Translations under genes and position numbers: made by a program
The notes under the pieces: generated by a model
What the model was told of the DNA's origin: nothing
What the model saw: only the letters and a program-made list of their open reading frames with translations
Database searches by the model: none
Part shown: positions 1-12,014 of the stretch, in pieces
Position numbering within the stretch: the stretch's first letter is position 1
Layout of the letters: the number at the start of each line of letters is the position of its first letter
Assembly (NCBI RefSeq): GCF_018977255.1
Contig: NW_024704743.1
Coordinates: 67,644,001-67,708,000, forward strand
Direction of reading: 5' to 3'
From: Callorhinchus milii
Lineage: Eukaryota
DNA length: 64,000 nucleotides

Positions 1-62
1 AGGAACTGACCAGGAGTAATTTTAATTAGACATGATAAAGATCATGGCAGATCATTCTGTAC

Positions 63-247
63 CTCATAGTCTAGATCCAGGTGATCAAATTCGCCATTTG
101 TCCGAAAATGTTGGGTCTCTCTATCCAGTGTCAAATTGATGTTACGGCCATAGCGTTCGATGGTCACAGAGTGCCAGTGATGGTCATCCAAGAGACTGCC
201 CGTAGTGACAGAGGTGTGGCCATTGATGGAACGGAATTGATTGCTAC
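63..247 (-). CDS. CNTNAP2: CNTNAP2 internal coding exon (equivalent to human exon 6), laminin-G domain 1, C-terminal half
   Basis: Manual translation (G)[61 protein letters not shown] closely matches Caspr2 as I recall it. Acceptor ...ctctag at 249-248, donor gtacag at 62-61. Length 185 nt. Confidence 0.95.
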
Positions 248-751
248 CTAGAGATCAATAATGGATACTAATCAGTGGTCGTTCATGAATGGAAATGGAA
301 ACATAAAAGGAATCACATTTTTAAAGTTGAAAATAAAATTTACAGGTGTTGAGAAACAGCAACACAGTATATTAGCCAGCACTGATATCAGCTAACAAAT
401 ATAATGTGGAGACACATTATAATGCACTGGTTTGGTTCTGTAAAATCCCGACCCAAGCGATAATGAGCTGTGATAACTGCACGTGCATGCAGCTGGTCCG
501 GCTCACTCCGTATGCACCAACTGGTTCTTGTGCTTAAAAAAAATCCAACTTACAGGTCATTGCATCACTGCCGATGTTACTTCCTCTCTGCTGCTCTTGT
601 GCAAAGCAGGAAGTGACACCGGCAGCCATCTAATGTCTCAGAGTCTACAATTTTACCACAAGAGTTGGCCAGAGTGTTGTGATGTGAGCAAGCCAGCTGT
701 GTGGATACACAGTATCTAGCATTCACGCATGCCTACTAGGTAACTGTGCTA

Positions 752-1011
752 TAACAACAACAACTTACACTTATATAGCGTCCTCCATGCAGGGTAGTGT
801 CTCAGAGCCCTCCACTCCCTAAAACTCTGGAACGCTCTCCGTCAATCCCTTCACCTTTCCCCCTCTCTCCCCTCTTTCAAGTCCCGCCTGAAAACTTTCT
901 TCTTCGACTGTGCTTACGGCCACTGCCCCACTCCTCCCGGCCACTCTTAAGCGCTCTGAGATCCTACCCTACGTGGAGGGCACTATATAAGTGCAAATTG
1001 TCGTTGCTATA
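752..1011. mobile_element. Double-tailed L2 insertion: minus-strand tail 752-808 fused to a plus-strand 3' fragment 809-1011
   Basis: The two arms are about 59-bp inverted copies of the L2 tail (GCTCTGAG..TACCCT..GGAGGGC.CTATATAAGTG.AA.TTGT). TGCTATAAC is directly repeated at 747-755 and 1005-1013. Confidence 0.8.
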
Positions 1012-1364
1012 ACCGAACCAGCGCTCTAAAGACACAAGTTACAATAGTACCACACTGTATATAACAGCAACGATTCTGTCGGAAACCATTACAAACAGCT
1101 AGTACAAAACTGATACAGTTACACTAAGTTGTTTTTGGAAAAACATAGTGAAGGCAATTGCTTAAACAGATCATCACAAGCAACACAATTGAATTTAATC
1201 CCCAAGATGTGAAATTAAAGTGTGGGTTCATATTGCAAATTAATCTCTTTGTCTCCAGTGATTGGAGCACTGCTCTGTCCTGAATTAAACACAATCTTTC
1301 AGCACAGGCTCAAACTGTATGTACTTCACAGAACCAGCATGGAAGAAAAATGATGTTGCATTTT

Positions 1365-1716
1365 TTCATTAAATCTCTGTATGGTCTCGCCCCATCCTAC
1401 CTTTACAACCTCTGTCACCCTTACCAAACCACCTATTCCCCTCGCTCGGCTGCACCTGGCTGACTCCATGGCCCCTGATCTATTTGCTGATTGGCATGCT
1501 TTTGGTCTCTGAAACTCCATTCCCACTGAATTGCTCCCTCCCTCTCCTCTTTCAAAGTACACCTCAAAACGTATCTCTTTGAACACGCTTTCAGTCATCT
1601 TTCTCCTCCTCACCCCCCAGCTCCCACCCGCAGTTCTGGCTCCCAGCCAGATTTGTCAAGCACTTTGGGACATGCTCCCAACATACAAATCACTATATAA
1701 ATGCAAATTGCATTGT
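1365..1716 (+). mobile_element. Decayed L2 LINE 3' fragment
   Basis: Degenerate match to the L2 3' end (CTCT.AAACTCCAT..., TTCAAAG.AC.CCTCAAAAC, tail GCACTTTGGGACATGCTCCC...CTATATAAATGCAAATTG). Confidence 0.7.
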
Positions 1717-2392
1717 ACTTGACATAATGCACACACATGCTAACATAAAACATATAAAACCTGGTGATTCTGTTGAGATAACAGCAACTTGCATTTATAT
1801 TCCATTCTTCACATGGAATAACATCAAATGACAGCAATAATGCCCCCCAACCCAGTTCATCACTGGCCAACAATCACAATAACTTTCATTCATATGGTGC
1901 CCTTCATGTAAGGGTAACATTTCTGAGTTGCTTAGGTACAGTGTTCAGCAACACCATTTGGAGAGCCCTCCATTATGTTCTGTTTACTTAAATAGTCTTA
2001 GGTGTCTCTTAGACAAGTCATCTTCATGTTTAACCAGCGTGTCTGTATTCATCACCTAAACTCCATAGTCGGACACTCATCACAGGGAAGTGATAAGTGT
2101 GGATTCTTCTTGCATTATTTAATTTAAATGATGGGAGGAAAACACATACAACAAATCAAATTTAAAAAGAAAGCTGTTTTGACTCACTTATATATGTTAA
2201 CCACTGATAAATAGAGGGTAATGGATAGCTTGAAGAAATACGAGACAGTAATTTAAAGGAAGCATTTTGGATAACATTGTAAACTGAAACAGTGAGGCTG
2301 AAGTGCTTTATAACCATTGTCTGAACTCCAAAATAAGATTAAAGCCTTGAAATCGTTCCTTAATAGACAAAATAAGTTACTTACTGCATTGC

Positions 2393-2546
2393 ATGGCTGT
2401 TTGTGGCACAGGCTATGTACAAATTGGCTGCCAAGTTTGCCTAATAAAATATACACTCACTACAGTTAACGGTACATCCTGTGAAGCACTTTGAGTCTCA
2501 ATGGTGGGATAAGGTGCTATATCAAATGCAAGGATTATTATTATTA
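2393..2546 (+). mobile_element. 5'-truncated SINE, Deu 3' segment plus tail (representative; similar fragments near 4205-4375+, 5065-5150+, 15255-15445+, 17360-17472+, 20090-20250+, 21745-21860-, 22120-22270+, 24860-25035+, 25290-25435-, 25852-25960-, 26125-26270+, 38245-38318+, 53215-53350+, 53900-54000+, 58745-58900-, 62590-62770+, 63165-63340-)
   Basis: Recurrent motif GGCTGTTTGTGG...AAATTGGCTGCC...TGTGAAGCACTTTGAG...GCTATATCAAATGCAAGGATTATTATT. Confidence 0.85.
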
Positions 2547-5500
2547 TCCCTTATTATTTTATATATAGATTCAATCAAGTAAGGGACTGATCAGTTTTTC
2601 CTCTGGCAGCTACAATCAGTGCAGAAGCCAATCATCAGTGCATGTTTCAAGGCAATGTTACAACAAGACAAGTCACCGCAAATGTATCGAGAATTAACTA
2701 GGAAATTCTATCACCAGGAAATTCTATCACCAGCACGCATTATAAATGGGATTCTTCAGTTTCGCTTTTTTAACAAATTTCACAGATGTTTTCACTTCTG
2801 ATTAAATAAAACATGTTAAAATCAAGTGGTATTCAATGGGGAGAATGGTAGCTTTTTCTCCTTAATAATTGTTGGGAAAAACTCAATGTTACAAATGCCA
2901 AATCTTCAAAAGTATTTGCTGGTAGTGCATATTAAAACCCTCGAAGGAAACGAGGGAACGTGGTACAGTCTCAGTTACTAACTCTTTGTCTCAATAAGCA
3001 TACGGAATCAAACCCTGGGAGAACCCAAATATTGCAAGATTCACAAAAAAAAGTAGCATTTTGGAAAGCTTCACATGTTGGAAAACCTGTTGAGTTTTAA
3101 ACAAAAACTGTTTAAGAGATAATTAGAAATCATTTTCAATCCAGAATTTGCTCGATCTAGGAGAAGGTGAAATTGGTAAAAACTAAAAATGTGGAACAAA
3201 TAATTAAGAAATAATTGTGTTTATATTACAGGTAAGGCTTGAGACAAGACTTTGGTATCAAAAGAGTTACATTTCTTTGAATATCTTGATTTGTTCCGCA
3301 CTTTTCTCAAAGTTCATAGTGATATTGTATCATTTGTTGTAAATGAAGTGATGCTGGTAATTTATGTGGTTAAATGATTAACTGTATAGGGCTGAAAATT
3401 CTATTAGTGCCACTTCAATTTGTATCTTAATTCTTGAAGTGCTTCCATTTTGCTTATTAAGCCAATAGGTAGATGTCAGCAAATTTATATTCTATTCAGA
3501 TATGCCTTTCACTATACAGTAGGTTTACGAAAAGCTTCAAAGTGGAAAGCTTTATAAAGACATTTGTTTTTTAAGTCTTTTCCATTCAGAACTCCACTGT
3601 GAATTTTTATAGCAAACAGCCAGTTGTCAGGCTGGATGTAGATGCAACCGAACCTTATGATTCTGCTTTCAATTCCAACAGCTCCTGCAGCTAGCTGTGT
3701 GTATTGTCACTGTCACTGTCATTAAAATATTTCATATACATTCCCAATACATCTTAGTATCTCACAAAATCACAAGATTGGTTTGGATAAAGAAGGCCAT
3801 CCAGTCCATTTGTTCTCATCCTTCCAGAATATCCACCAAGCCATGTTCCCATTACAACATCAAGCTGTTTTATTTAATGAATTCAGTCCTAGCCTCAACC
3901 ACGCACCCTTGGGTCTTATACAACTTTTACTAAACAAGATGCTTTACTTTGGTTGTATAATACTGGTGTAATAATGAGATTTCTGTGTGGATGATCAGCA
4001 GTTGATCGATTTCAACAAAGATTCAAAATGTTTTGCTCCCTCCCTTTCATCATCAACTACCTTCAAGGATACATTAAAATGAATGAGACTAAGTAACTGT
4101 CAAGCCAATTTGTAGATCAATTAGTCACACTTAACAGGTATGTTAAAGTATGGCAAATAACATTAGCACTTTTAGAAATAAGCACCTGGAGAAAAAAAAT
4201 GATTGATCACTTCATGGTTGTTTGTGATACATTACTGTATGCCAATTGGTTGCCACATTTACCAACAAAATAAACAATCACTACACTTTATAGTAAATCC
4301 TGTGAAGCATTTTGAGGCGTTTTGATAAAAATTATAAGGAACAATGTCAAATGCAATTATTATTATTATTATTATCAGAAACATTACATCTCAAATCAAA
4401 TAATTTAAATTTGAAAGATTAGGTGCCTGAAAAATTTGTTCAAAAGACATTTCCTTGCCGTACTTTAAACACCAAAAATAATGAGTTTGATTGACTGCCC
4501 CTCCCTCATGTCCCCCTCATACCATTATTTTGGAACAAGGACAGGGCATATGTTTAACAAAGCAGCACTACCATCAATGTTATAGAATTTTGTTTTAGAG
4601 AGTTCTTAAAACTGTGGATCATGTGCTGCTAAAGAAAAAATGTCAGTGATAACTCATTGCTGTAAGAGCTTGCATTAGGATGGATTTATAGCATACAGCT
4701 TCTCCATTAAATTACATTAAAATTCTCTAATTCTATCGGGTTTTAGTTATAGAATACCTCCAATGCTGATTCATCAATGTATTCTTTTATTGGAAGGTCA
4801 AACAGCTTAACTCAGAAAGTCAAAGGATTAAAAGATCTGCTTGCTAGTGTGTTTACAGTAATTAAATGCCAAATGGTATTGGGAAAAGGCGACATCCTGT
4901 GAGCTCTGCTTTCAGGCTTTCCTTGGGGAGACGCTCAAGAGGATGAAGTTCTCACCCTTATCCATCCTTTCCCCCTTTCCCCAGGGGCAGCTCATCCTGC
5001 AACCTGCTGGCAGATGCCCACATTCTTCAACACTGCTTCATAGTAAATATAATTAAGATTCCCTATAAAATACATAGTCACTACACTTTACAGTAAATCA
5101 CATGAAGCTCTTTGTGGGCCAATATCAAATGCAAGGATTGTTATTATTATGCAATGCTATTCCATACATTTATTAGGTGATCTGCACAAAAAGTTGCCAT
5201 CTAAATATTTCATCCAGACACTTTAAGGGAGCCTTTCACCCCGATTATTGTGTAGTTGGATTGGGTGCCATCACTGCGTGGTAGAGGAGTGGGTGGTGGC
5301 TGAGAAGGGGAGAATAACTTACTCTAACTGATTATTATGTGCTGCCATTGCAATGTCAGTTAATATAACCAACACCCACTCTGCACAGCTTTGATGATGA
5401 TACCATCTGGTGCTTTCCTTGAGCCAAGACCTTTTGTGCAAGGTAACACTTTCCCCAGTGAATGATTTAATAAACATGTACCTTCCACCCTTCATGCAAG

Positions 5501-6339
5501 ATACAAAACAAACACCCCAGAGGACAATCAACTTGTTTAGAAGCCATCAGAGAGTAATAGATACACTTGTTTCTGCAGGCAATGCACAATCTTTAATCTA
5601 TGATTCATTTTAAACAAGTATTTTATGATTTTATCTTTGTCATTTGAAATAATTTATCTCTCTCCTGAGCACATTATTGTGTAAATTATTTTGGAATTTC
5701 TCCCATTTCCAGGCTTATAGTTACCACCAATGCCACCTTGTAAGTTGAGGGACTGGTAAGTAATCTGCTGCAAGGTCTCTGGAAAGGTCACTTCAGTAAC
5801 CATCCATTGGACAGACACAGAGGTATCTCCTCAAGCTACTGGTGTGACTGGGATCTGAACTCAGTCATCATCTTTGTATTGTACTTGTGGTTTTTCAGTA
5901 ACTTGAAAATAACAAGGAAGAAATCTCACTTCAGGCTCCAAAAACTGCAGCTCGGAACAAATGTTCTTCAAATGAAAGCCACCCATCACAGTCATGACAT
6001 AAATATGAATTAATAGTTTCTTAAAATTGGCAATGTAATCTCAGTGTAATTGCATGCTAGTACGTTAATCAGTGGGTTCAAGATAAAATTGTAAAGCACA
6101 GAGAAGGTTAGATCTGTCATCTGAACTATCACAATGTATTATGGATCAAGACACACAGAAAGGATTCCCTCCCATAGCTGCCAGGATGTCTCAGTGGGAA
6201 AGCAGAATAAAGCGTAAGCTTCTTGTATAGTACTGCATGTTTGTTATAAGGAATGATTTTACTCAGCCAATTTTCTTCCAGCAAAAAGATAGAAAATATA
6301 TTCACTGTAACAGACATTGGTTAGATTGTCTGTTAGAAC

Positions 6340-8013
6340 GTCCCAGCTCTGTTCCTTTCTCTCTCGCCATTCCCTCTTTGAACCCCTCCAATCCGGCTTC
6401 AGTGCTGCCCACAGCACGGAAACAGCCCTGGTCAAAGTCACTAATGACATTCTGAACAACAACAACAACAAGATTCCATTTATAGAGCACCTTTCATGTC
6501 GGGAGGACGTCCCAAGGCGCTGTACAGTCGGGTCAGGACCCGAGCAGGGGGGAAATGGTCAGGGTGAGGAAAGGGAAGGGAGGGAGGGAGCGAGGAGGGG
6601 GTAGAGAGTCGAGAGGGGAGCTGAAGGCACGGTCAAAGCGAAAGGTCTTGAGACCGGACTTGAAGGAGGAAAGGGAGGAGGCGGCGAAGGCACTGGGGGA
6701 TAGAGTTCCAGAGCCTCGGGGCTGAGAGGCTGAACATCTGTGATCAGGGCTCCATCTGTCTCCTTGTCCTCCTCAAACTCTCTGCCGCCTTCGACACTGT
6801 TGACCACTCCATCCTCATACACCGCCTCTCCTCTTTACTTAACCTTCGCGGACCATACCCTTACCTGGATCAAATCCTATCTCTCTCACTGTCTCCACTT
6901 TGTTGCCACTAACGGTTTCTCCTCCAGCCCCCGCACTGTCACGTCTGGCGTCCCCCAGGGCTCTGTCCTTGGCCCTCTCCTCTTTAATATCTACATGCTC
7001 CCCCTTGGTGACATCATCCGCAGACATGGGGTCAACTTCCACATGTATGAGGATGACACCCAACTCTATCTTTCTGCCTCCACCCTCAACTCCAGGACCA
7101 CTGCTGTCCTGACAGACTGCCTGTCGGACATTAAGTCCTGGATGAGGGCAAATTTCTACAGTTGACTGTGAACAAGACTGAGGTCCTCCTGATTGACTCG
7201 CGCCAGCGCCTCAGCACCTCAGGCTCTGGAAACATCAACCTCCATGGTTGCACATTTCAACTCACCAAGCCAGTCAGGAACCTAGGTTTCTTGTTCGACT
7301 TTCAACTGTCTTTTCTTCCCCACATCCAAGCCATGACCCACTCTGCCTTCCCTCACATCCGTAACATCGCCCGACTCTGTCATTACCTCACCCCTCAGGC
7401 CGCTGAAACTCTTGTTCATGTCTTCATCACCTCCAGGCTCGACTATGCAAACGCCCTGCTTGTCGGCCTTCCCAACTCCTCCCTCCACAGGCTGCAGATT
7501 ATCCAGAACTCTGCAGCCCGTGTCCTCTCCCACACCAAATTCCGTGACCCCATCTCCCCCACTCTCGCCCGACTCCATTGGCTCTCTATCCTTCAGAGGA
7601 TCCAGTTCAAGATCCTGGTCCTCACATGCAAAGCCCTTCATGGCCTCACCCCACCCTACCTCTGCGACCACCTAATACCCTACCAACCCACCCACTCCCT
7701 CCTCTCAGCCAGCTCTGGCCTGCTCCACGTCCCCCGACTCACCTGCCCCACCATTGGCGGGAGAGCCTTCAGCCACTCTGCTCCCAACCTCCAGAATTCC
7801 AGCCCCCAATCACTCCACCTCACCCCCTCCTTAGCCTCCTTTAAGTTCCACCTCAAGACCCTCCTCTTCGACCATGCCATCGGCCACCCCCCTTCCCCAC
7901 CCCTCCCTTCTCCCTCCCTGACCCCAGCTCGGGTCTGAAGTGTTGTACACTGTCCAGTGCCTTGGGATGTCCTCCCGACGTGAAAGGCGCTATACAAATG
8001 TAATCTTGTTGTT
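6340..8013 (+). mobile_element. 5'-truncated L2-clade LINE with disrupted ORF2 reverse transcriptase and C-terminus; contains a nested antisense L2
   Basis: ORF fragments [42 protein letters not shown] (decayed YADD), SRLDYANALL, LARLHWL. 3' tail ends in (GTT)n. Frameshifts are present. Confidence 0.93.
6455..6733 (-). mobile_element. Young L2 3' fragment nested in antisense inside the older L2
   Basis: (AAC)n tail at 6455. Nearly identical to 60525-60800. CTGAACA is repeated at 6452-6458 and 6730-6736, and the host frame resumes (NDILN|ICDQG). Confidence 0.9.
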
Positions 8014-8365
8014 GTATTCAGTGACCATGATTGCTTCACAAAAAGTTCAACACATTACTTATTACCTCCTGCTCCTTATTACTTGGTTGCAGTGGTTTGG
8101 CCTGAAGATTTCCATGTCCCCAAATTACAACACGCAGCATTTTGATACAGCAAAAAATAAGATATTTGCTTAAACAGTATTGCAAGATCACAAGATTAGT
8201 TTGGATGAAGAAGGTCCTTCAGTCCATCCGATCTCATTCTTCCAGAATATTTACCCTCCCATCCTCCCATCACAGCATCAAGCTGTTTTTTTTCCTTAGA
8301 AGCAGCACTCAAACATTGACTCTGGGGTGGGCAAAAATAATTGGAGTTCACTGCTGCTAAACAGA

Positions 8366-8493
8366 AATAATAATAGTAATCCTTGCATTTGACACAGCAA
8401 TTTTTACGTTGGGAGTATAGTATATTCTGTGAAGTGCTTTCAGATGTCTCGGAGACATGATAAGGCGCTAAATCAAATGCAAGCATTATTATT
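8366..8493. mobile_element. Double-tailed SINE insertion (minus tail 8366-8415 joined to plus tail about 8418-8493)
   Basis: AATAATAATAGTAATCCTTGCATTTGA on the left and TCAAATGCAAGCATTATTATT on the right are inverted SINE tails. Confidence 0.75.
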
Positions 8494-8724
8494 AAATAGC
8501 TCAGTTAATGTCACACTATCTAAAAGACATGGAGAGTACTGATGTACCTTTGATGCCAGCTCTCAATGCTGCTGTCAGCAAAATAGCAATCTCCAAATTA
8601 AATAGAAGTACTAGATAATTAACTCCATACATAATGAATGCTGCCGAGATAAGTTGAAGAGTAATCCAATTGAGGGTTCAGAGGAAATATATAAACAGCC
8701 TGATCTCTATTCTCTGGATTTATG

Positions 8725-9665
8725 GTTCACAAGAATCACAAGAGAATGTACATAAAGAAGGGCCTTCAACCCATTTGATCTCATCTTTGCAGAATACCCA
8801 CCCACTGTCCTCCTATCACAGCAGTTTTTCAAATGAGTCCAGTATCCTGGCCTCAGACAGCTTTTATGGCCACCTGTTCCAGTTGTTAATTACCCTCCGA
8901 GTAAAGAAATACTTGCCTGTGCCTGTGCTGAAATTGCTCTATGCAACTCTAAATCTGTGTCCTCTTTTTCAGCTGTTTCAGTCCAACAGAAAACATTGTT
9001 CTGAGTTAATTTTCTCAACATCATTGAAAATGTATACACTTCCAATAAGATTCCTTCGAAGACATCTCTTTTCAAGACTGGAGAGCCCCAGCTTGTCTAA
9101 TTGTTGCTCACAACTCACTATTTTGGGATCATCTTTGTTGTCCTTCTCTGAATGGCCTCTAGGGCCTGATCAGCCCCCTTTGGTCACTGCGACCAGAATT
9201 CTATGCAATATTTTGAAGTGTATCCTGACCAGAGCATTATACAGCTTGAGTATGACATCTGGGAATCTGAACTTAGCTGATCTGGCAATATAACCCAGCA
9301 TCTGTTTGCTTTGCTTATTGCTGCTTCACACTGTTTGACATGGTAAGTGATGAGTCAATTAATACCCCTAAATCTCTTTCACTTTTCCCTTTTGGCAAGT
9401 TCTATCCTATCCACAGACTACATGTGCCTTATATTTTTACTTCCTATATGTCGTACCTTATTTTCAGCTGTTTTGAACTTCATTTGCCAGCTATCGTCTC
9501 ATGTGGCCGCCCTATCAAGTTCTCTTTTTGTATGACCTTTGCTGCCTCTTCTGATTCCCCCAATGAGGTGACACCTGCAAATTCAACTACTTTACACTGC
9601 CTCTGTGAATTGAGGTCATTAATCTATGCAAGGGTGGTTTCAACTGAAGCCCTCAGGAATCACTC
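8725..9665 (-). mobile_element. Decayed CR1-clade LINE 3' fragment, family B (3'-UTR fragments of apparently the same family near 3765-3920-, 8183-8300-, 10800-10990-, 11300-11405-, 35215-35412+, 37850-38050+, 39250-39440+, 49400-49760-)
   Basis: The minus strand reads as degenerate CR1 ORF2 C-terminus (WQMKF, ERDLGVLIDSSL, AAISKANRMLGYIARS, VILKLYNALVR). It ends in short CACAAGA-type terminal repeats. Confidence 0.85.
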
Positions 9666-10994
9666 CCAGGAATTCATTACTTTATAATTTACTCAATCCC
9701 CAGGACTCGAATGAATCACTGTGTTAACTGAATGTAAAATCTAGATTCTTATTTCTTCCTCCATAGCTGGCATTTGAATGTTACTTCATCGGATACCAAT
9801 TACGTTAAGCTGATATCCCGTGAGGATTCGTAGAAACCCTACAATCTACAATTGAAAATAGCAATGTTGGTTGCTAACATTTTGGAGCTCAAGTATTGTG
9901 CCAAGGTCACGGAGGGTGGGGGAGGCGAGGACAAACAGCAACAACAACTTACATTTATATAGCATTTTTCATGTCAGAAAGACGTGCCAAGGCACTGAAA
10001 ATACAACTGCCAGGAAAAGATGCAAATTTGTGGTGTTTCATAACTAATTTGATGTGATAATCACATTTCACATCAATTTGTCCTTCCTTATATTTATCTA
10101 ATTTAACGAAATAATACTGAGTATTGAAAAGATAATTTTACATAAACCGGTATTCTTGAAAGCTGCCGAGGACAGTTGATTAATTTGATCGCTGATCAAA
10201 GAATATTGCAGCAGTTACTGTTCTAAAAACTCACATTACACCCATTCCAAATATTAATTCAGATCTGTAATTGCTCCCTAAACACACCTCTGCTTACCTC
10301 TGTGTGATTCATTTTATTTACTGTGCCTACCGCCTATGGCATTAATTTGTGTCCTCTTAACAGAAGAGGCAATGATTAAACCTTTCAAAAATAAGAAGGG
10401 AAGTCAATGTTCCTGCTATACACTAGTCCAAGATAAAATCCTTTGTGAATTCAGCTCTTGGCATTGCTGGGTTGAACACTACCACAGAAATAGATGAGCG
10501 CTGTTTGATAAAAATCAACCTGCATTGCTTTAACAGAAGTCTACAACAGCATATAAGCATATATAGGTTTTTAAGAAGGGTTTTGAAAGTGGATGCTAAT
10601 GTCACTAAAACTAAACTATGAGCAATATTACTGTCTTGTAACATATTGATGAATAGTTATTCTACACATTGAATCACATCAACTATCTTTTATACCCCAA
10701 TATAACTTTGGTACTGTCACACAATATTGAGTTACATGAGCAAGGGCACATTGAGAGGGTCACAATATATTTCCTCCCAACGTTTCAAGGGAAACTCATG
10801 TGAAGAATGCCTTTTGCCCCATTTGATCTCATCCTACCATAATACAACAACATCAACTGCTTGCATTTATCTTGTGCAGGTACCGTCTTGGAGCATTTAC
10901 ACCCCCCTAACCATTTCCCCATTGCAGCACTAAGATGCTTTTTAAATGAACTCAGAGTCCTTGCCTCCCAACTCCCCAAACTACAACTTCCAAG

Positions 10995-11292
10995 TAATAA
11001 TAATAATCCTTGATATAGCACCTTATCACATCATCGAGATGTCGCAAAGCACTTGATAGGATATACTGTGAAGTGGTTTTTGACCATGTACTTGGTGGAC
11101 AAAATGCAGCAGTCAGTTGCGTCCAGCAATGTCGTAGAAACAGCCATGGAGTGAGTGACCAATTTTATTTGGGAGATTGTTGGCCAGGACACTGGGAGAA
11201 ATTCCCTTCTGTTTTCAAAGAGTGCATTGGGAATTTTAATGCCACACTTGAACAGGCAGATGGGCCCTCAGTTTAACGTTTCATCTGAAGGA
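10995..11292 (-). mobile_element. DeuSINE (SacSINE1/AmnSINE1-like) fragment
   Basis: Reverse complement contains CAGATGAAACGTTAAACTGAGGGCCCATCTGCCTGTTCAAGTG...GTGTCCTGGCCAAC (Deu domain) and a (TTA)n tail. Confidence 0.8.
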
Positions 11293-11740
11293 CTATGATA
11301 CGGTTACCACAGATCGGTTTGGATGAAGAAGGCCCTTCGGTCTCATCCTCCACAACACAAACTTTTCTGTCTTCCCACCACAACATGCAAGCTGTTTCTT
11401 AAATGAAAAAATATTGAATTGCAACAGTATAATTCCCCCATCCAGAAAGCTTGGGAAATAACATAATACAACATCACTTATGGGATAATTCTCAGTAATC
11501 CTCTTTGATTTAATTTATCTGTAATATAGTTGTCGTCTCGTGTATTCCATGTATTACATGCAAAGAGACTGACACACTGCTACCATTAGTTATTTATTTA
11601 CACTTTAACAATGAGAAATTCCATTATAAACATTTCATGGAAAGATAGGTAGATCAGTGCGTGACAAACCCATTTTGATCAAACAAAAAGGTGCTGCACT
11701 TTACATTTAATGCAGAAAACAATCAAAGCATAAAAATTAC

Positions 11741-11944
11741 CTAAATTCACATGAAGAACCAGCTTTGCTTTTTTGATTTCAAGCGTTATGTAGTCGCCCT
11801 GCTGTCCTTCTCCATGGAATATAACGCCTTCGTTCTCAGACGTTTTAAACTTCAGTAAAATTATATCCTTTAAAGATCGCATTTTCTTATTTTTAAACCT
11901 GAAGGACAACAGGCTGTAGCCATCAAAGTTGATAACATCTGCCC
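11741..11944 (-). CDS. CNTNAP2: CNTNAP2 internal coding exon (equivalent to human exon 5), laminin-G domain 1, N-terminal half
   Basis: Lies within ORF 11679..12002: (W)[67 protein letters not shown](G). Acceptor tttctctgtttgcag, donor gtaatt. Length 204 nt, phase 1-1. Confidence 0.96.
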
Positions 11945-12014
11945 CTGCAAACAGAGAAACAAGAGGGCATTCAGCAGAGATAAAAGAGAAAACTGTACAC
12001 AAATGTTATTTGTT

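Noticed and set aside
11384..11562. UGCAUG (RBFOX) hexamers downstream of the 204-nt exon, and one near 486
   Set aside because: A hexamer is expected many times by chance in 64 kb, one copy lies within a CR1 remnant, and there is no conservation evidence.
11679..12002. 107-aa ORF as a stand-alone gene
   Set aside because: Only 11741-11944 is coding. The flanks are intron read-through across clear splice sites.
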